Below are positions 1 through 11,589 of a DNA stretch of 64,000 nt, in pieces; position 1 is the stretch's first letter; each line of letters opens with the position of its first letter. The notes under the pieces were generated by a model. The model did no database searches. It was given only the letters and a program-made list of their open reading frames with translations, and was not told where the DNA came from. Source of the stretch: Macrostomum lignano (taxonomy: Eukaryota); NCBI GenBank assembly GCA_002269645.1, contig NIVC01000036.1, forward strand, positions 186,001 to 250,000, read 5' to 3'. A program made the position numbers and the translations under genes.

Positions 1-280
1 TACCAGCGACATCAACCGCAGCACCGCGCAGACGCGACGTTAGCACTGGGTCTCATCCATCGCGAAAAACTCAATTAGCAATCCACAATAAACCGGCTGG
101 CACTACTGGCGAGTCTACACATTGCAACCTTCTACGAGGTTCCTCGATAAGCCGGTGGTCAACCAGCTGGCCTAACCCGGACGACACCCATGAATCTTTT
201 CGGTTCTGTTTCAGCCGCAGAGCGACTACCCGCCTTGATCCCTGGCGCCTATCCGTAGTTCAGGAGTCGTCTGTCTGCAA
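1..280 (+). repeat. Near-identical direct repeat of 1455-1734 (internal region of the LTR element)
   Basis: Base-by-base match at offset 1454, about one mismatch. Confidence 0.95.
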
Positions 281-755
281 CTCGGCAACTTCCGTAGGTC
301 GCACCAGCCCCAGCGCCATTCCGCCATTCTGGAGCAACGCAGGAAGACGCACGAGTGGACCAGCCGCCGTTCCATTCGACACATCTACCGCGAAGCGACA
401 TTACCACATTCAGCCAGCAATCATCACCACGAAACCATCAGCATCGACATCCATCTCGTGCGCTTCGCCTGGTACCTTCGGCCGCAGAGCGACAACCCGC
501 CAATTTCTCCGGTACACCTCATCCAGGGTGTCGTCTGTCTGCATCCGGCAGCACCCAGTTTGGTCCCACGTCCGACAATCCGCCAACCGGAGCACCAGTC
601 GAGGACACAAGTGGATCGATCGCCATCAGATCAGACTCCATCGCCGAATCCATTCGAATTGACAGTAACTTATCCTAAGTACCGCATTTCATCGCATATT
701 TTCAAACCATAGATACTGTACTTTTCCATAGGGACTCCGTCTTCCGCGGGGGGAC

Positions 756-1112
756 TGTTGTAGTGACCTTCGAGAAATTTATATTCGTACGTTTTCTAGA
801 AAGTTCTGTGTCTGAAGCAATTTCTTATTTACTGCATTTCAATATATTTAATAATTAACAAGTATTCGCAGTCTGTGGGTAAAACTAGCGATAAATAACT
901 AGCAGTATTTTCTTAACAATCATTTTGTTATAATGCATAATATATTTCTAGAACTTTCCGGAAGAGCATCTCAACATTATAAATATATACAGCAGCTCAG
1001 CTGGAATCTCTTCACGAATCTTTTTCTAGATTCCAATAACATTATTCTATAAAATCATTAACCAGTTGAACCACCGCCTTGCTTTCGCCTCATTACTGAA
1101 AAACCCCTTACA
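756..1112 (+). repeat. LTR copy A (start 756 or 759)
   Basis: TG...CA ends, preceded by PPT, TATAAAT at about 978, followed by PBS; shares TTTCTAGAAnTTTCCGGAAGA and GAACCACCGCCTTGCT with copy B. Confidence 0.65.
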
Positions 1113-1113
1113 A

Positions 1114-1125
1114 TGGTCCGGTGAG
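1114..1125 (+). promoter_or_regulatory. Putative primer-binding site TGGTCCGGTGAG (tRNA-Tyr-like start TGGTCC)
   Basis: One base after LTR end ...CTTACA; begins with TGG, complementary to tRNA CCA. tRNA identity not verified. Confidence 0.5.
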
Positions 1126-2023
1126 GCGTCGAGCGATCTCTTTCAGAATGCGTGTGCATACGCACGCCCGTGACCGCTCATCATGCCATCATTCGCGATC
1201 AGCACCGCCGTCGCTACCAACGCCGAAACATAGCACACCACTGTCTACTGCCCAGCGTCATCACTTCTCAGCGTGTCTCCCATCGCCGTCATGTAATATA
1301 AATTTAGCTAAACCGTCGCCAACCTCCCTGTTCCCACATCTAAAAACGACACGGTATCTCGTCGGTGACCAAATAAACTACGCCTACACGGGCTCACGAA
1401 CGGCCATCCGATCGAGCCATCCGCGCAGCTACATGTATGACCTCCACGTATACGTACCAGCGACATCAACCGCAGCACCGCGCAGACGCGACGTTAGCAC
1501 TGGGTCTCATCCATCGCGAAAAACTCAATTAGCAATCCACAATAAACCGGCTGGCACTACTGGCGAGTCTACACATTGCAACCTTCTACGAGGTTCCTCG
1601 ATAAGCCGGTGGTCAACCAGCTGGCCTAACCCGGACGACACCCATGAATCTTCTCGGTTCTGTTTCAGCCGCAGAGCGACTACCCGCCTTGATCCCTGGC
1701 GCCTATCCGTAGTTCAGGAGTCGTCTGTCTGCAAACTGGCAATAACCCGCAGGTCGTTCCAAACTACAGCGACAAACCGCCATCCTGGAGCAGTGCCGCA
1801 GAGACCACGGACTTGTTAACCGCCAAAATGTACAATCAGTCTGAACTCCTCGACCGCAGTGCGAGCCCAGCTGCCCCTATCCGTCTCGCGGTGAACCCAG
1901 TCGTCATCTGTATTAATTTTCAGCAGCGTAATTTCAACCTGGACTTTATTCACAGTAACCCAGCATCTAATTAACATTAATTAACCGTTATACCTTAGGG
2001 ACTCCGTCTCCCGTGGGGGGAAC

Positions 2024-2409
2024 TGTTGTAGCGTACTTTAATAACTTTCCCGAAATTTCTTTCAGATTTCTAAAAGTCAAAAACTATTTCCAGAAACTTC
2101 TTTGAGTTAGCAGCTAATCTATAACATACGCATATAAATAGTAAATAATTAATTATCACTAAGTATTAATGTTCTAATTATATTTACGTAATGTATATAA
2201 TTAAAGGGTTATTTTGCTTTGTTAAAATTAGCTAAATCTTTCTAGAAATTTCCGGAAGACAATAACAAAGCTATAAATACACGGCGGCGGCAGTGAAACA
2301 AATCACTCACTCTCCCCTTGTTTTCTCTTGGATCTAAGTTCCGTTGGTAAATAACTAAATGAACCACCGCCTTGCTCTTATTCAATAATCAAATAAAGAA
2401 AATTCTACA
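2024..2409 (+). repeat. LTR copy B (3' LTR; start 2024 or 2027)
   Basis: PPT then TGTTGTAG; ends TTCTACA (TGTAG...CTACA inverted termini); TATAAATA at about 2272; no PBS follows. Confidence 0.65.
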
Positions 2410-2732
2410 AGCTACTTAGTATATTTTACTTAGTATATTTTCAGAAAAATGACAAAAAGCAGAAAAAGTACAAACTTACTAATACCAATGCTTAGTAATT
2501 AATTAAAAACATTTAATGATATAAAATAAAAAATCAAATTGCATTTTTAAAAAAATCAAATTTAAAGAAATTAAAGATGCATACAAGCACTGATATTCTG
2601 ATAATTATTAATTATTAAATTCAAGTTAAAATAATAACAAACACAATTCCATCCCCATGTCTATGATATAGCCAAAAGTTTCAATAAATTTTCGTTCATA
2701 CAATATTGCAATTAATAAACATTAAGACTTAC

Positions 2733-2882
2733 ACGAAAGTCAATCTGAGCTTTGTCATCCGATTCAAATTTTTCATAGAAGCAATCTTTTCTTCGCTCGC
2801 GCAGTTCAAAAGTGAACTCTGTGCAGCTTGCTTGAAGGCATAAAAAACCCAACGCAAATGTGCTAAGTTTAAGCGAATTCAT
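2733..2882 (-). CDS. TMED7-like: Exon 1 of a p24/emp24/GOLD cargo receptor (p24-gamma, TMED7/TMED3-like); rest of gene left of window
   Basis: MNSLKLSTFALGFLCLQASC signal peptide, then TEFTFELRERRKDCFYE...IDFR matching the TFELPDNAKQCFYE...LEFQ motif; perfect CGT|GTAAGT phase-0 donor at 2732. Confidence 0.85.
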
Positions 2883-3682
2883 ATTATAATTTAGCACTTA
2901 GCGGCAGCTTTTAAACACTACCTTAACTGTGTGAATTTCTGTGTTCCAGTTGCAGCCCTTAGTGAATTGAATTTACTACTAACTTTGAAGAAACTTATTA
3001 AATAATTGTAATTACTATAATATTTTTAAGCTATATAATTTGCGACCTAAAACTATTTTCGTCCATCGCAAGAGACTCGATACAAAAATACTAAGGAAAT
3101 AAAAATATTGTTGAAAATACAAGCGAAATAGTTTTTCGTTCGGTCTGAACGGTAGCAGAATAAATTTTAAAATTTTTATTTGAATTTCGCAGAAACTTTG
3201 TTATACCGTGTCTACAACTAAGCCGGTTTGTGAAAAACTTGGCCTGGGGTTGTTTTTGATATTGCTGTGGACCTAATCTGTAGAAAGCTTAAGGTTAATT
3301 ATCAAGCTGAAGGCTATGAGAAGCTGAATGCAAGAATTTAGTACAAATTAAATATATACATGTACTTGCTTCAAGAAGGAACAAAAAAAAATTTTTACCT
3401 GTGTGACTATACCTTGTACATATGATATGCATTGTGCTTGTGCTTATAAAGTAAAAATAAAACTTTCAGTATAAAACAATATAAAATAAAACATCGTGAC
3501 ATGTTATTCATGCTAAACTTAACAATGGTAATCTCGATTAGAAATTACAGGAGCGAACGTCAAAAACGTGCAATATATTCTTTAGTGAACACATCTTTCA
3601 AAATCGTTTGCCAACGCGTTTCATCTTAAGCGGACATCATCCAGGGTTATCTCGATTACTGCCCTATTAAACCAAATGCAAT

Positions 3683-4689
3683 TGTAGTGACTGGCTGCTA
3701 ACTGGCTATTCAGCAGCATTCACTAGCTAGCTTTCCTTTAAGAGCTCTGTGTTCCGCTGCGCAGCAGCTCAATCCACCTGATCTAGAGAGAGTTACCCTG
3801 TGCTGGGCCTAAGTGTTTACTGCCCGATGACTCATCGCCCGAGCAGGCGCGCAGGCAGCCACACAAAGTTTTCTCCACTCGCACTGAGGAGACGTAGCAG
3901 GATGACGATCATCACCTGCCCTCTCGCGCGCGCGGAGTGTAATCGCTGCCTGGAGGGAGTAAACAGGATGACTCATCCGCCCAAACTCTATTTTTAGCGC
4001 AGTAAAAGCACATGACTGTGCACGCAAGTTGTGCGTGGCAGCTGACCTAGCTTGAGTCACCCCACGGTGGCGTGACAGGGTTACCTTATTTGGAAGTTGG
4101 CCTTGAGTCACACATCTCTTGCATGACTCCCAGGCCCAAATAAGGAAGTTTCACGCTTACCGCATGAAACTCACGCGACTTTTGGGGGTTCGATCGGCTA
4201 TAAATACGGAGCACCTGAGAGCTGTTTTCTTCAGATCCTTGCCGCCGCGCTTGTTGAGCCTCGTCCGGAGCTGCCTCTCTGCCTCCGAGCTCTCTCCTCT
4301 CTCATTTCAGGTTTACAGGTTTTCAGGTTCGAGCAGCAATTTTAGGAACGGTCAACTGTCGAGACATCTTCAGATTTGCATTGCTCCGAGCGACTTCGTT
4401 ATTTTATTTCAGGTTACGGGTCAGGTTACGGACGCGTCGAGTCCGCAAACCAAGGTCGCAGCAACTACCGAGACTAAGGCTTACGATTTAGGTTCTTTTC
4501 AGGCAAATCGATAGGTAGTACAACGGTACTATCTAGTAGCTACTTCCGGAGCAGCGAATTCAATTTTAGGTACATCGTACAGAACTCGGAAAGCAGCGCG
4601 TAACACAATCATGGGTTTTTTGATGATTGGTTTTATGAAAATGGCCTTCTAAAAAGTACACGATGAGCTCTGCGTCCTATTTTACTACA
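3683..4689 (+). mobile_element. Candidate ~1-kb LTR followed by a PBS-like TGGTCCTT
   Basis: Starts TGTAGTGAC (same 9 nt as LTR A at 759), ends TTACTACA, central TATAAATA at 4199, TGGTCCTTAAG at 4691. No TSD and no partner LTR seen. Confidence 0.4.
3828..4206 (+). promoter_or_regulatory. Cluster of four perfect AP-1 sites plus TATA box
   Basis: TGA(C/G)TCA at 3828, 3969, 4053 and 4104; TATAAATA at 4199-4206. Confidence 0.55.
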
Positions 4690-5256
4690 GTGGTCCTTAA
4701 GCCACTACAGTATGTTGTTTGTCTGTCATAATGTATCTGTTGTCCCTGATCTCTGTTCGCCCAGCAGCATGCTACTTGACTGCACAATTATCAGTAGTGT
4801 ATTCCACACAGGAGCAATTGCAGCTTTTCGGTTGAAAACGAATGAAAAATATTAATAAGCGAGATAAACAAGATAGTCAGGCATTAGACTCGTCGACCTT
4901 TCCCCGTTGGGACAAAATTGCTCACGAACTCCAATCCGAGAGCGATTCAGGTGCCCTCAATGTGGGTGGAAAGTGGGTGGATGCCTTCTTGCAAGCAGTT
5001 TTCCTTTTCATTTATTTTGAATCTCAATTTACAAAGACAGTATAATAAAACGAAGGGAAGTCTCAATTGGCGATGGAAGGTTCAATTTTTAAAGGAAATC
5101 AACTGAGAATGTCACGAGGGCCGATCTTGACATTTTCCTTTTCTAATGCCATTTTGTTTCATGAAGCTGCATTTTGCTATGACTCCTAATAGCGCATTCT
5201 GTTTTAAACGAATGGGCTCCGTTAATTCAATCGTTCGCTTCATGACCTCAAAAAAG

Positions 5257-6100
5257 GGGAGAGGAGAGGAAGAGAGGAGAGAGCAGGAAGAGAAGAGGGA
5301 GTAGGGGAGAGGAGAGGAGAGAGGAGTGGAGAGAGGAGAGAGGAAAGAAGAGGGGGAGAGAGGGAGAGAGAGGAGAGCCTCCAATACCGGGCACTGACAC
5401 GGTAAAAAGACCAGGAGCAAAAGGTTTGAATTGTAATAGGAGAGAGGAAAGAAGAGAGGAGAGAGGAGAGAGGAAAGAAGAGAGGAGTGAGGAGAGGAGA
5501 GAGGAGAGAGGAGAGAGGAAAGAGGAGAGAGGAGAGAGGAGAGAGGAAAGGAGAGAGGAGAGAGGAGAGAGGAAAGAAGAGAGGAGAGAGGAGAGAGGAG
5601 AGAGGAGAGAGGGGAGAAGAGAGGACAGAGGAGAGAGGAAAGAAGAGAGGAGTGAGGAGAGGAGAGAGGAGAGAGGAAAGAGGAGAGAGGAGAGAGGAGA
5701 GAGGAAAGGAGAGAGGAGAGAGGAGAGAGGAAAGAAGAGAGGAGAGAGGAGAGAGGAGAGAGGAGAGAGGAGAGAGGAGAGAGGGGAGAAGAGAGGACAG
5801 AGGAGAGAGGAAAGAGGAGGAGAGAGGAGAGGAGGGGGAGGAAAGGAGAGATGAGGAGATGAGAGGAGAGGAGAGAGTAGGGGAGAGATCAGGAGAGAGG
5901 AGAGGAAAGAGGAAGAGAGGATAGAAGAGAAGAGAGAGGTGGGGAGAGGAGAGGAATGAGGAGGGGAGAGAGGAGAGGAAAGAGGAGAGAGGAGAGGAAA
6001 GAGGAGAGAGGAGAGGGGAGAGAGGAGAGAGGAGAGAAAACGAAGCAGCGAAGACACAAAAGAAGACAGAGAGGGAAACAGAGGAGAAAAAGAGGGAGAC
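5257..6100. repeat. (GAGAG)n purine-rich low-complexity tract
   Basis: Direct reading. Confidence 0.95.
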
Positions 6101-6815
6101 AAAAAGGGGATAACTTGAAAAGTGTATCTATTAAGATTAGCTAAAAGCAAGAGAAAGCGTCATTTAAGTTTGAACCAAAGCGATTTCAGTTGTTTTTTAA
6201 CAATGTAAAAATTTTTCAACAATATTTTAACGCTACTGCTGTTCCTTTGTTTATTTTAAAGCTGACGAGGCTAAATCCTCCGTTGGAGAAGAAAGGAGAT
6301 AGAACTCCCATCGACAGAATTCCTTTCCCTGAAATCCATCAGCTGAATCCTATGACCCGAATCCCTTCTTCGAAATCCTCTGTAAAACCACTCAAAATAC
6401 CATATCCTATTTTCCATGTTTGCAACACTTGACTGCCATGGTCCAGACTGAGACTCTCTCCTGTCTCTTCTCTCCTCTTTCCTTTCTCATCTCTAATCTC
6501 TCCTCCCTCATCTCTATTCTATTACATGTACCTATTATCTCTCATCTCTCCTCTTTCCTCTCTCCTTTCGCATGAAAAAGATACCGAAGACAGAAAAGCA
6601 GACAAAGGAGGGGACTTCTAGAGTTTTAGATCAGTTCCAGTTTTAATAGGATCAAAATTTTGGTCACTTTTAAAGAGGTTTTTTATGGAGCTGATTTCAA
6701 ATACACAGCTTTCTTATACTAGGCGAACGTTTCATTAAAATGTGACACATGTCGCAAACAAAAGCATTCAACAGGTAGAAGAAGACGCAACAAGCAGACA
6801 TAGCCTACGCGGAAG

Positions 6816-7280
6816 TCACGCTCCAAACCGTTTTCCTGTTGCGTCGCTGCCACTAACGCCGCCTTTGATGGTGACTTTGCCTTTGGCCCATCCGCCTCGC
6901 CTGCTGGCTGCGTTACCGCCCCCGTGGCTGTCGCCGCCGCCGCCGCCGACTTTGGTGGATCTGGCCAGCGTCAGCAGCTCCTGCATGCCCAAGTAGCGGT
7001 CCTCGGCCACGTGACTCTTAGCTGACCGGATGGCCAGCACCATGGCCGAATTGGACTTCACCATCATCAGCGCTGTGCAGGAGGCCATGACGAGCAGAAC
7101 AAACATCACGCAGACGCAAAGAAGAAAGACGAATGACATTCTCGATTCGCCAATTAGATTATCGATGCTGGTGAGCACGTCCATGAGTTCGAAAAGCAGG
7201 TCTTGCTTGGTTGAATTGAAGAATACATCGCTATTTAAAGAGCTTGAATCAAATGATTTAGTTGGAGTCAATGTAGTCAT
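6816..7280 (-). CDS. Hypothetical 154-aa single-pass membrane protein (N-terminal NST sequon, one TM, Gly-rich tail)
   Basis: ATG-to-TGA ORF, GC-rich relative to flanks; TM SFVFLLCVCVMFVLLVMASCTALMMV; splice acceptor AAACCAG 8 nt upstream of ATG. Confidence 0.55.
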   Translation of the reverse strand: MTTLTPTKSFDSSSLNSDVFFNSTKQDLLFELMDVLTSIDNLIGESRMSFVFLLCVCVMFVLLVMASCTALMMVKSNSAMVLAIRSAKSHVAEDRYLGMQELLTLARSTKVGGGGGDSHGGGNAASRRGGWAKGKVTIKGGVSGSDATGKRFGA

Positions 7281-8264
7281 CAGCTCAGCTGGTTTAGTTT
7301 ATTTAGTTTAGAAAAATATTTAGAGAACGGTTTGTCCATCTGCAAATCGTAAGGCATTTTTTAAATGTACGTGCGCATGAGCCTCTTTCGGCCATAGAGG
7401 CCGGTCTAAGGTTTGGAAGCATCGCCTTTATTAAGAAAGTATAAAAGAACATCAGCGTAAATCGTAAACGCTTTTCAGATTAAAAGTACACAAGATTTCA
7501 AGGAAATTAGGCGAGTTTCTGCTACTTTTAGCTTGATCAGTAGCCGCTCCTCAAAGAGAGCTTTTGCCGGAACACCTCTCCTAATGAAATTGTAATCTGC
7601 AGTGTTATTGCTTTGAAAAGCTGCCAAGGGAACTCTGCTTTACCTAGCTCCCAAGTCCGTCCTTGAGCTAACTTTATAATGGTAAAAGCAGTCTGAAGTT
7701 TAGACTGTTTACAATTTAGGGACTGATGCACCAGAGTTGCCAGTGAGTTTTAGACGTACTTAATAAGTGCATTAGGGCATTAGCTCTAGTATTTACAATC
7801 GTATTGAAGTACGTCGTACTTTGGGTTTGAGCTTCCCGATTTACAGGCACTTGAGTTCTACTTCAAGTTTCGAGCCTCTTCTGGAAAGCAGATTTTTGTA
7901 GCGTGAATATGAATCGCAATAGGGAAAAACCTCGGGGCCAGTGTCGTGTGCGCAATAATCGAATCGTTTAAATCCCCCAGTTAGTCTGTCTCCAACGGTT
8001 AGCCAAGCAATCTTCAACTTTCTTCACTGATGGGTCCAACCAATCCAATCAAATATCTTCGATTCAGTTCCGGATATGAGCTTCGGGTTCAATTTGTAGT
8101 CATTTTTTTTTATTTAAATATTACAATTAGTCTGAGTATACAATCGACAGGCAACAAATGTTACAAGAGAAAGATGAAAATTCGGTTGAACAACTATCTG
8201 CAGCTACGGACTACACGCACTCACAACAAGTGCACAGTAGGTCAATCAAGCCTTGCGTAATCTG

Positions 8265-9758
8265 TCACAGCATCGCCGGTATCTGCCTATTCAATGGGCA
8301 GAGCTCGATAATCTCCGCTGAACTGTTCCCGGACTGGCGGCTACTGCGGTCTCCTCCGCCGTCACACGGACGGCTATTCGTTCCGTTGAAGTCGTTATTG
8401 TACAACAGCAAGCGGTGGCTGTTGCTGAGCCTGCTGCTACCGTTGCCATGACGACCGCTGGCCTGGCTACCGTCCAGGCACCATCTATTCGCAGCCGCTG
8501 ATAGCGTCGCTCCCCCGGCTGCTCGGCCGCCACTCGTTGCTGCCGCCGAGGCCGCTGCTTGCGCCGCCGCAGCGTGCGTAGCCACCGCCGCCGCCGCCGC
8601 TGCTCCGCTGAGCCGCCTGCCGCCGTCGCTCCGCGGCCCACCAGTCCGGCAGCCGAGAATGCGCAGGTACGCCAGACGGAACTCGCGCTGATTCGAGCAG
8701 TACAAAATCGGATTCACGCCCGAGTTGGCGTAGCCCACCCAGGTGACGGCTGTCACCAGCCAGAACGGCAGACTGTTGCACTGGTCGGCCGTGAACGGGC
8801 AGCCCGTGTACATGATGAAGAACGGGAACCAGCAGACATAGAAGCAGCCGAGAATCAGGCCGAGAGTCTTTGTCGCCTTGGTCTCGCTGGTCATGTGCCG
8901 GGTGACTCGAACCGCTGCCGCTGCCACCGCCGCGGCCGAACTTTTCTTTGTCGTAACCACGACCGACAGCGTAGCCGTGACTGTTGCCGTCCTGTACGAC
9001 GACGAAGAGGCGTCAGAGGCCCCGCCGCCGCCACCACCACCGCCTTTGTCGCAGCACGATCGTCGACGAGCTTTCCTCCTCCAGGTCCCAACGGTGTGAG
9101 CCGTGGCGATTCGATGCACCCGGACGTAGGCCAGGGTCATCACCAGCATTGGCAGAAAGAAGGAGGTTGACGCGGACACCACGGCGTAGGTTCTATCTGG
9201 CTGCATCTGGCACTGACCGTCGCTCGAGTCCGACTGCGACTGCTGCACAGCGCCTGAGTAGACAGGGCCGAAGCTCAGGCCGATGCTGACGGCCCACACC
9301 AGCGCCACTGTCGCCCAGATTCGTCTAGGCCTGACAAGACTCCGATAGTGCAACGGTCGAGTGACGGCAATGTAGCGGTCCAAACTGATGAGGCACAGAT
9401 GCAGGATGCTAGCCGTGCAGCACATGATGTCGCTGGCCTGATAGAATTTGCAGAGAAAGTCACCCAGAGGCCAGCAGCCGAGCATCGTGTGCACGATGGA
9501 GCAGGGCATGACAATCAGGGCGATGGCGATGTCGGCCGATGCCAGTGAGGCCAGCAGGTGGAAACAGTTCCGGGTGCGTAGGCGGCGGAATCTAATTACC
9601 GAGGCGATCACCAGGCTGTTGCCTAGCAGCGTTTCCATAGCAACCAAAGCCAACAGGCTGGCAACTAGAACTCGAACTGGAAACTGCGGCGAATTGATAA
9701 CGCTGCTAGGCGTCAGAGTTGCTAAGCAACTAATGCTGCTATTGTTGACGCCGCTCAT
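8265..9758 (-). CDS. Intronless class A aminergic GPCR, octopamine/dopamine type, 497 aa
   Basis: 7 TMs; TM3 DIMCCTASILHLCLISLDRY (Asp3.32, DRY); TM5 SASTSFFLP (Ser5.42, Ser5.46); TM6 ETKATKTLG...CWFPFFIMY; TM7 NSGVNPILY. AATAAA about 150 nt after the stop. Confidence 0.95.
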   Translation of the reverse strand: MSGVNNSSISCLATLTPSSVINSPQFPVRVLVASLLALVAMETLLGNSLVIASVIRFRRLRTRNCFHLLASLASADIAIALIVMPCSIVHTMLGCWPLGDFLCKFYQASDIMCCTASILHLCLISLDRYIAVTRPLHYRSLVRPRRIWATVALVWAVSIGLSFGPVYSGAVQQSQSDSSDGQCQMQPDRTYAVVSASTSFFLPMLVMTLAYVRVHRIATAHTVGTWRRKARRRSCCDKGGGGGGGGASDASSSSYRTATVTATLSVVVTTKKSSAAAVAAAAVRVTRHMTSETKATKTLGLILGCFYVCWFPFFIMYTGCPFTADQCNSLPFWLVTAVTWVGYANSGVNPILYCSNQREFRLAYLRILGCRTGGPRSDGGRRLSGAAAAAAVATHAAAAQAAASAAATSGGRAAGGATLSAAANRWCLDGSQASGRHGNGSSRLSNSHRLLLYNNDFNGTNSRPCDGGGDRSSRQSGNSSAEIIELCPLNRQIPAML

Positions 9759-10841
9759 ATCAATGCCGGTAGCGTATAACTGGGAGTAGCGGGACTAATC
9801 TCAGGCAAAGATTTTACTTTATATTTCCTTTTTACAGCCCTTGGAAGCCTCTGATTGGCTGGCAGTTGCCTATCCATCTCAGTCGGAGTCAACCAGTCGG
9901 TCACTCTGGGAGGTGCTTGTGTCGCAAACGCTACATGATTGCATCGTTTTAGCGACTTTGACATCCAGCTTAAGCGTGCGTGCAGAGATGCAGTTAAGGG
10001 AATCTCTGAAATTTTATGATTATGGGACGATGTCGCTGAAGGTTCATTGTTTCTTTTTAATTTCCCCTATGTAACGTGATATAACTTTTGGGAGTCATTT
10101 ATAAGCGGTCAGTACAAAACACTTCAAAAAAATAGTTGTTGACTCTCCCCTTAGAAAGTAACAAAAAGCTTCAACCAAAAAGTCCTCACGGCGAGAGTCG
10201 ATAGGCATCACCGGTTCCTGTTTATGCCAAGCCCGCAGGCCAATACAGAGTAATGATTATAGTGACGAAATTGAAAAGAAGTCACAAACTGCCGCAAGCT
10301 CAATGCTCTAGCGGGCCACCTCATCCTCCGCTAGCTCAACTCTTCAAGCCCTCAATCGCCCGGTAGAGCGATCGGAGGCAGAGCCAATTCTCCCAACAGT
10401 TTTTGGCGGAAGTGTCAGTCACACTGAGCCACGCCAAGGACAGTCGCTGAAGTAGAGGCCGTAGGATAGGGAAACGACCCGTGGACTGAGTCGGTAACTA
10501 TAGGTAAACTGTAGTCGACAGTTTGAGAAGTCAGAGCGGTTGGGCGACCAACTAGTGCTGATTTTGCATTTCCAATGCTGTGCTAAAATGCGGATGTATG
10601 GGGTAGAAGGAAAAGAATAAATGTACTTTGCTGCCTAAACGGCAAAGTAACCTTTTCAGCGTACCGGGTCGCTATCGACGGATGCAGTGGTAGGAAACTA
10701 ATCTTCATTGACAAGGGTTTCCGTCATGGGCCGGCATTGAGACTAAGACAGTATCGATAACTTATTTTGTAGCCCTAGTAGCCCTAAGAAACTGCAAAAA
10801 ACTTATGCTTTAAACTACTAGAATTGTACGACACGAGCTAG

Positions 10842-11589
10842 ACACTCAAAGACACTTTAAACGACTCAAAGACAATTCATACGACTCAGAGACAATCCAG
10901 ACGACTCAAAGACAATTCATACGACTCAGAGACAATCCAGACGACTCAAAGACAATTCATACGACTCAGAGACAATCCAAACGACTTAAAGACAATTCAT
11001 ACGACTCAGAGACAATCCAAACGACTTAAAGACAATTCATACGACTCAGAGACAATTCAGACGACTCAGAGACAATCCAGACGACTCAGAGATATTTCAA
11101 ACGACTCAGACACACTCTTAACAACTCAAAGACAATCCAAACGACTCAGAGACAATCCAAACGACTCAGAGATAATTCAGACGACTCAGAGACAATCCAG
11201 ACGACTCAGAGACAATCCAAACGACTCAGAGACAATTCAGACGACTCAGAGATAATTCAGACGACTCAGAGACAATCCAGACGACTCAGAGATAATTCAG
11301 ACGACTCAGAGACAATCCAGACGACTCAGAGGCAATCCAAACGACTCAGAGACAATTCAGACGACTCAGAGATAATTCAGACGACTCAGAGATAATTCAG
11401 ACGACTCAGAGACAATCCAGACGACTCAGAGATAATTCAGACGAGTCAGAGACAATCCAGACGACTCAGAGACAATCCAAACGACTCAGAGATAATTCAG
11501 ACGACTCAGAGACAATCCAGACGACTCAGAGATAATCCAGACGACTCAGAGACAATCCAGACGACTCAGAGATAATCCAGACGACTCAG
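10842..11589. repeat. 20-bp minisatellite (ACGACTCAGAGACAATCCAG), about 37 copies
   Basis: Exact 20-bp period. Confidence 0.97.

Larger units (their letters stand above)
1..2409 (+). mobile_element. Tandem non-autonomous LTR retroelement (TRIM/LARD-like): internal-LTR-PBS-internal-LTR, 5' part outside window
   Basis: Two PPT-like G runs followed by TGTTGTAG (GGGACTCCGTCTTCCGCGGGGGGAC|TGTTGTAG at 731-763; GGGACTCCGTCTCCCGTGGGGGGAAC|TGTTGTAG at 1998-2031). LTRs end in TACA at 1112 and 2409. TGG-starting PBS at 1114. Internal segment duplicated. No gag/pol motifs seen. Confidence 0.7.

Noticed and set aside
1121-1819. 232-aa ORF in the LTR-element interior
   Set aside because: Starts at GTG within the PBS, no gag/pol motifs, composition looks non-coding.
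5248-6150. RE-rich and SL-rich ORFs here and at 43770-44705 and 49138-50429
   Set aside because: Translations of GA/CT low-complexity tracts.
8291-9789. Antisense and alternative-frame ORFs over the GPCR, innexin, Tudor gene and mariner
   Set aside because: Shadow ORFs caused by high GC and codon bias of the real genes.
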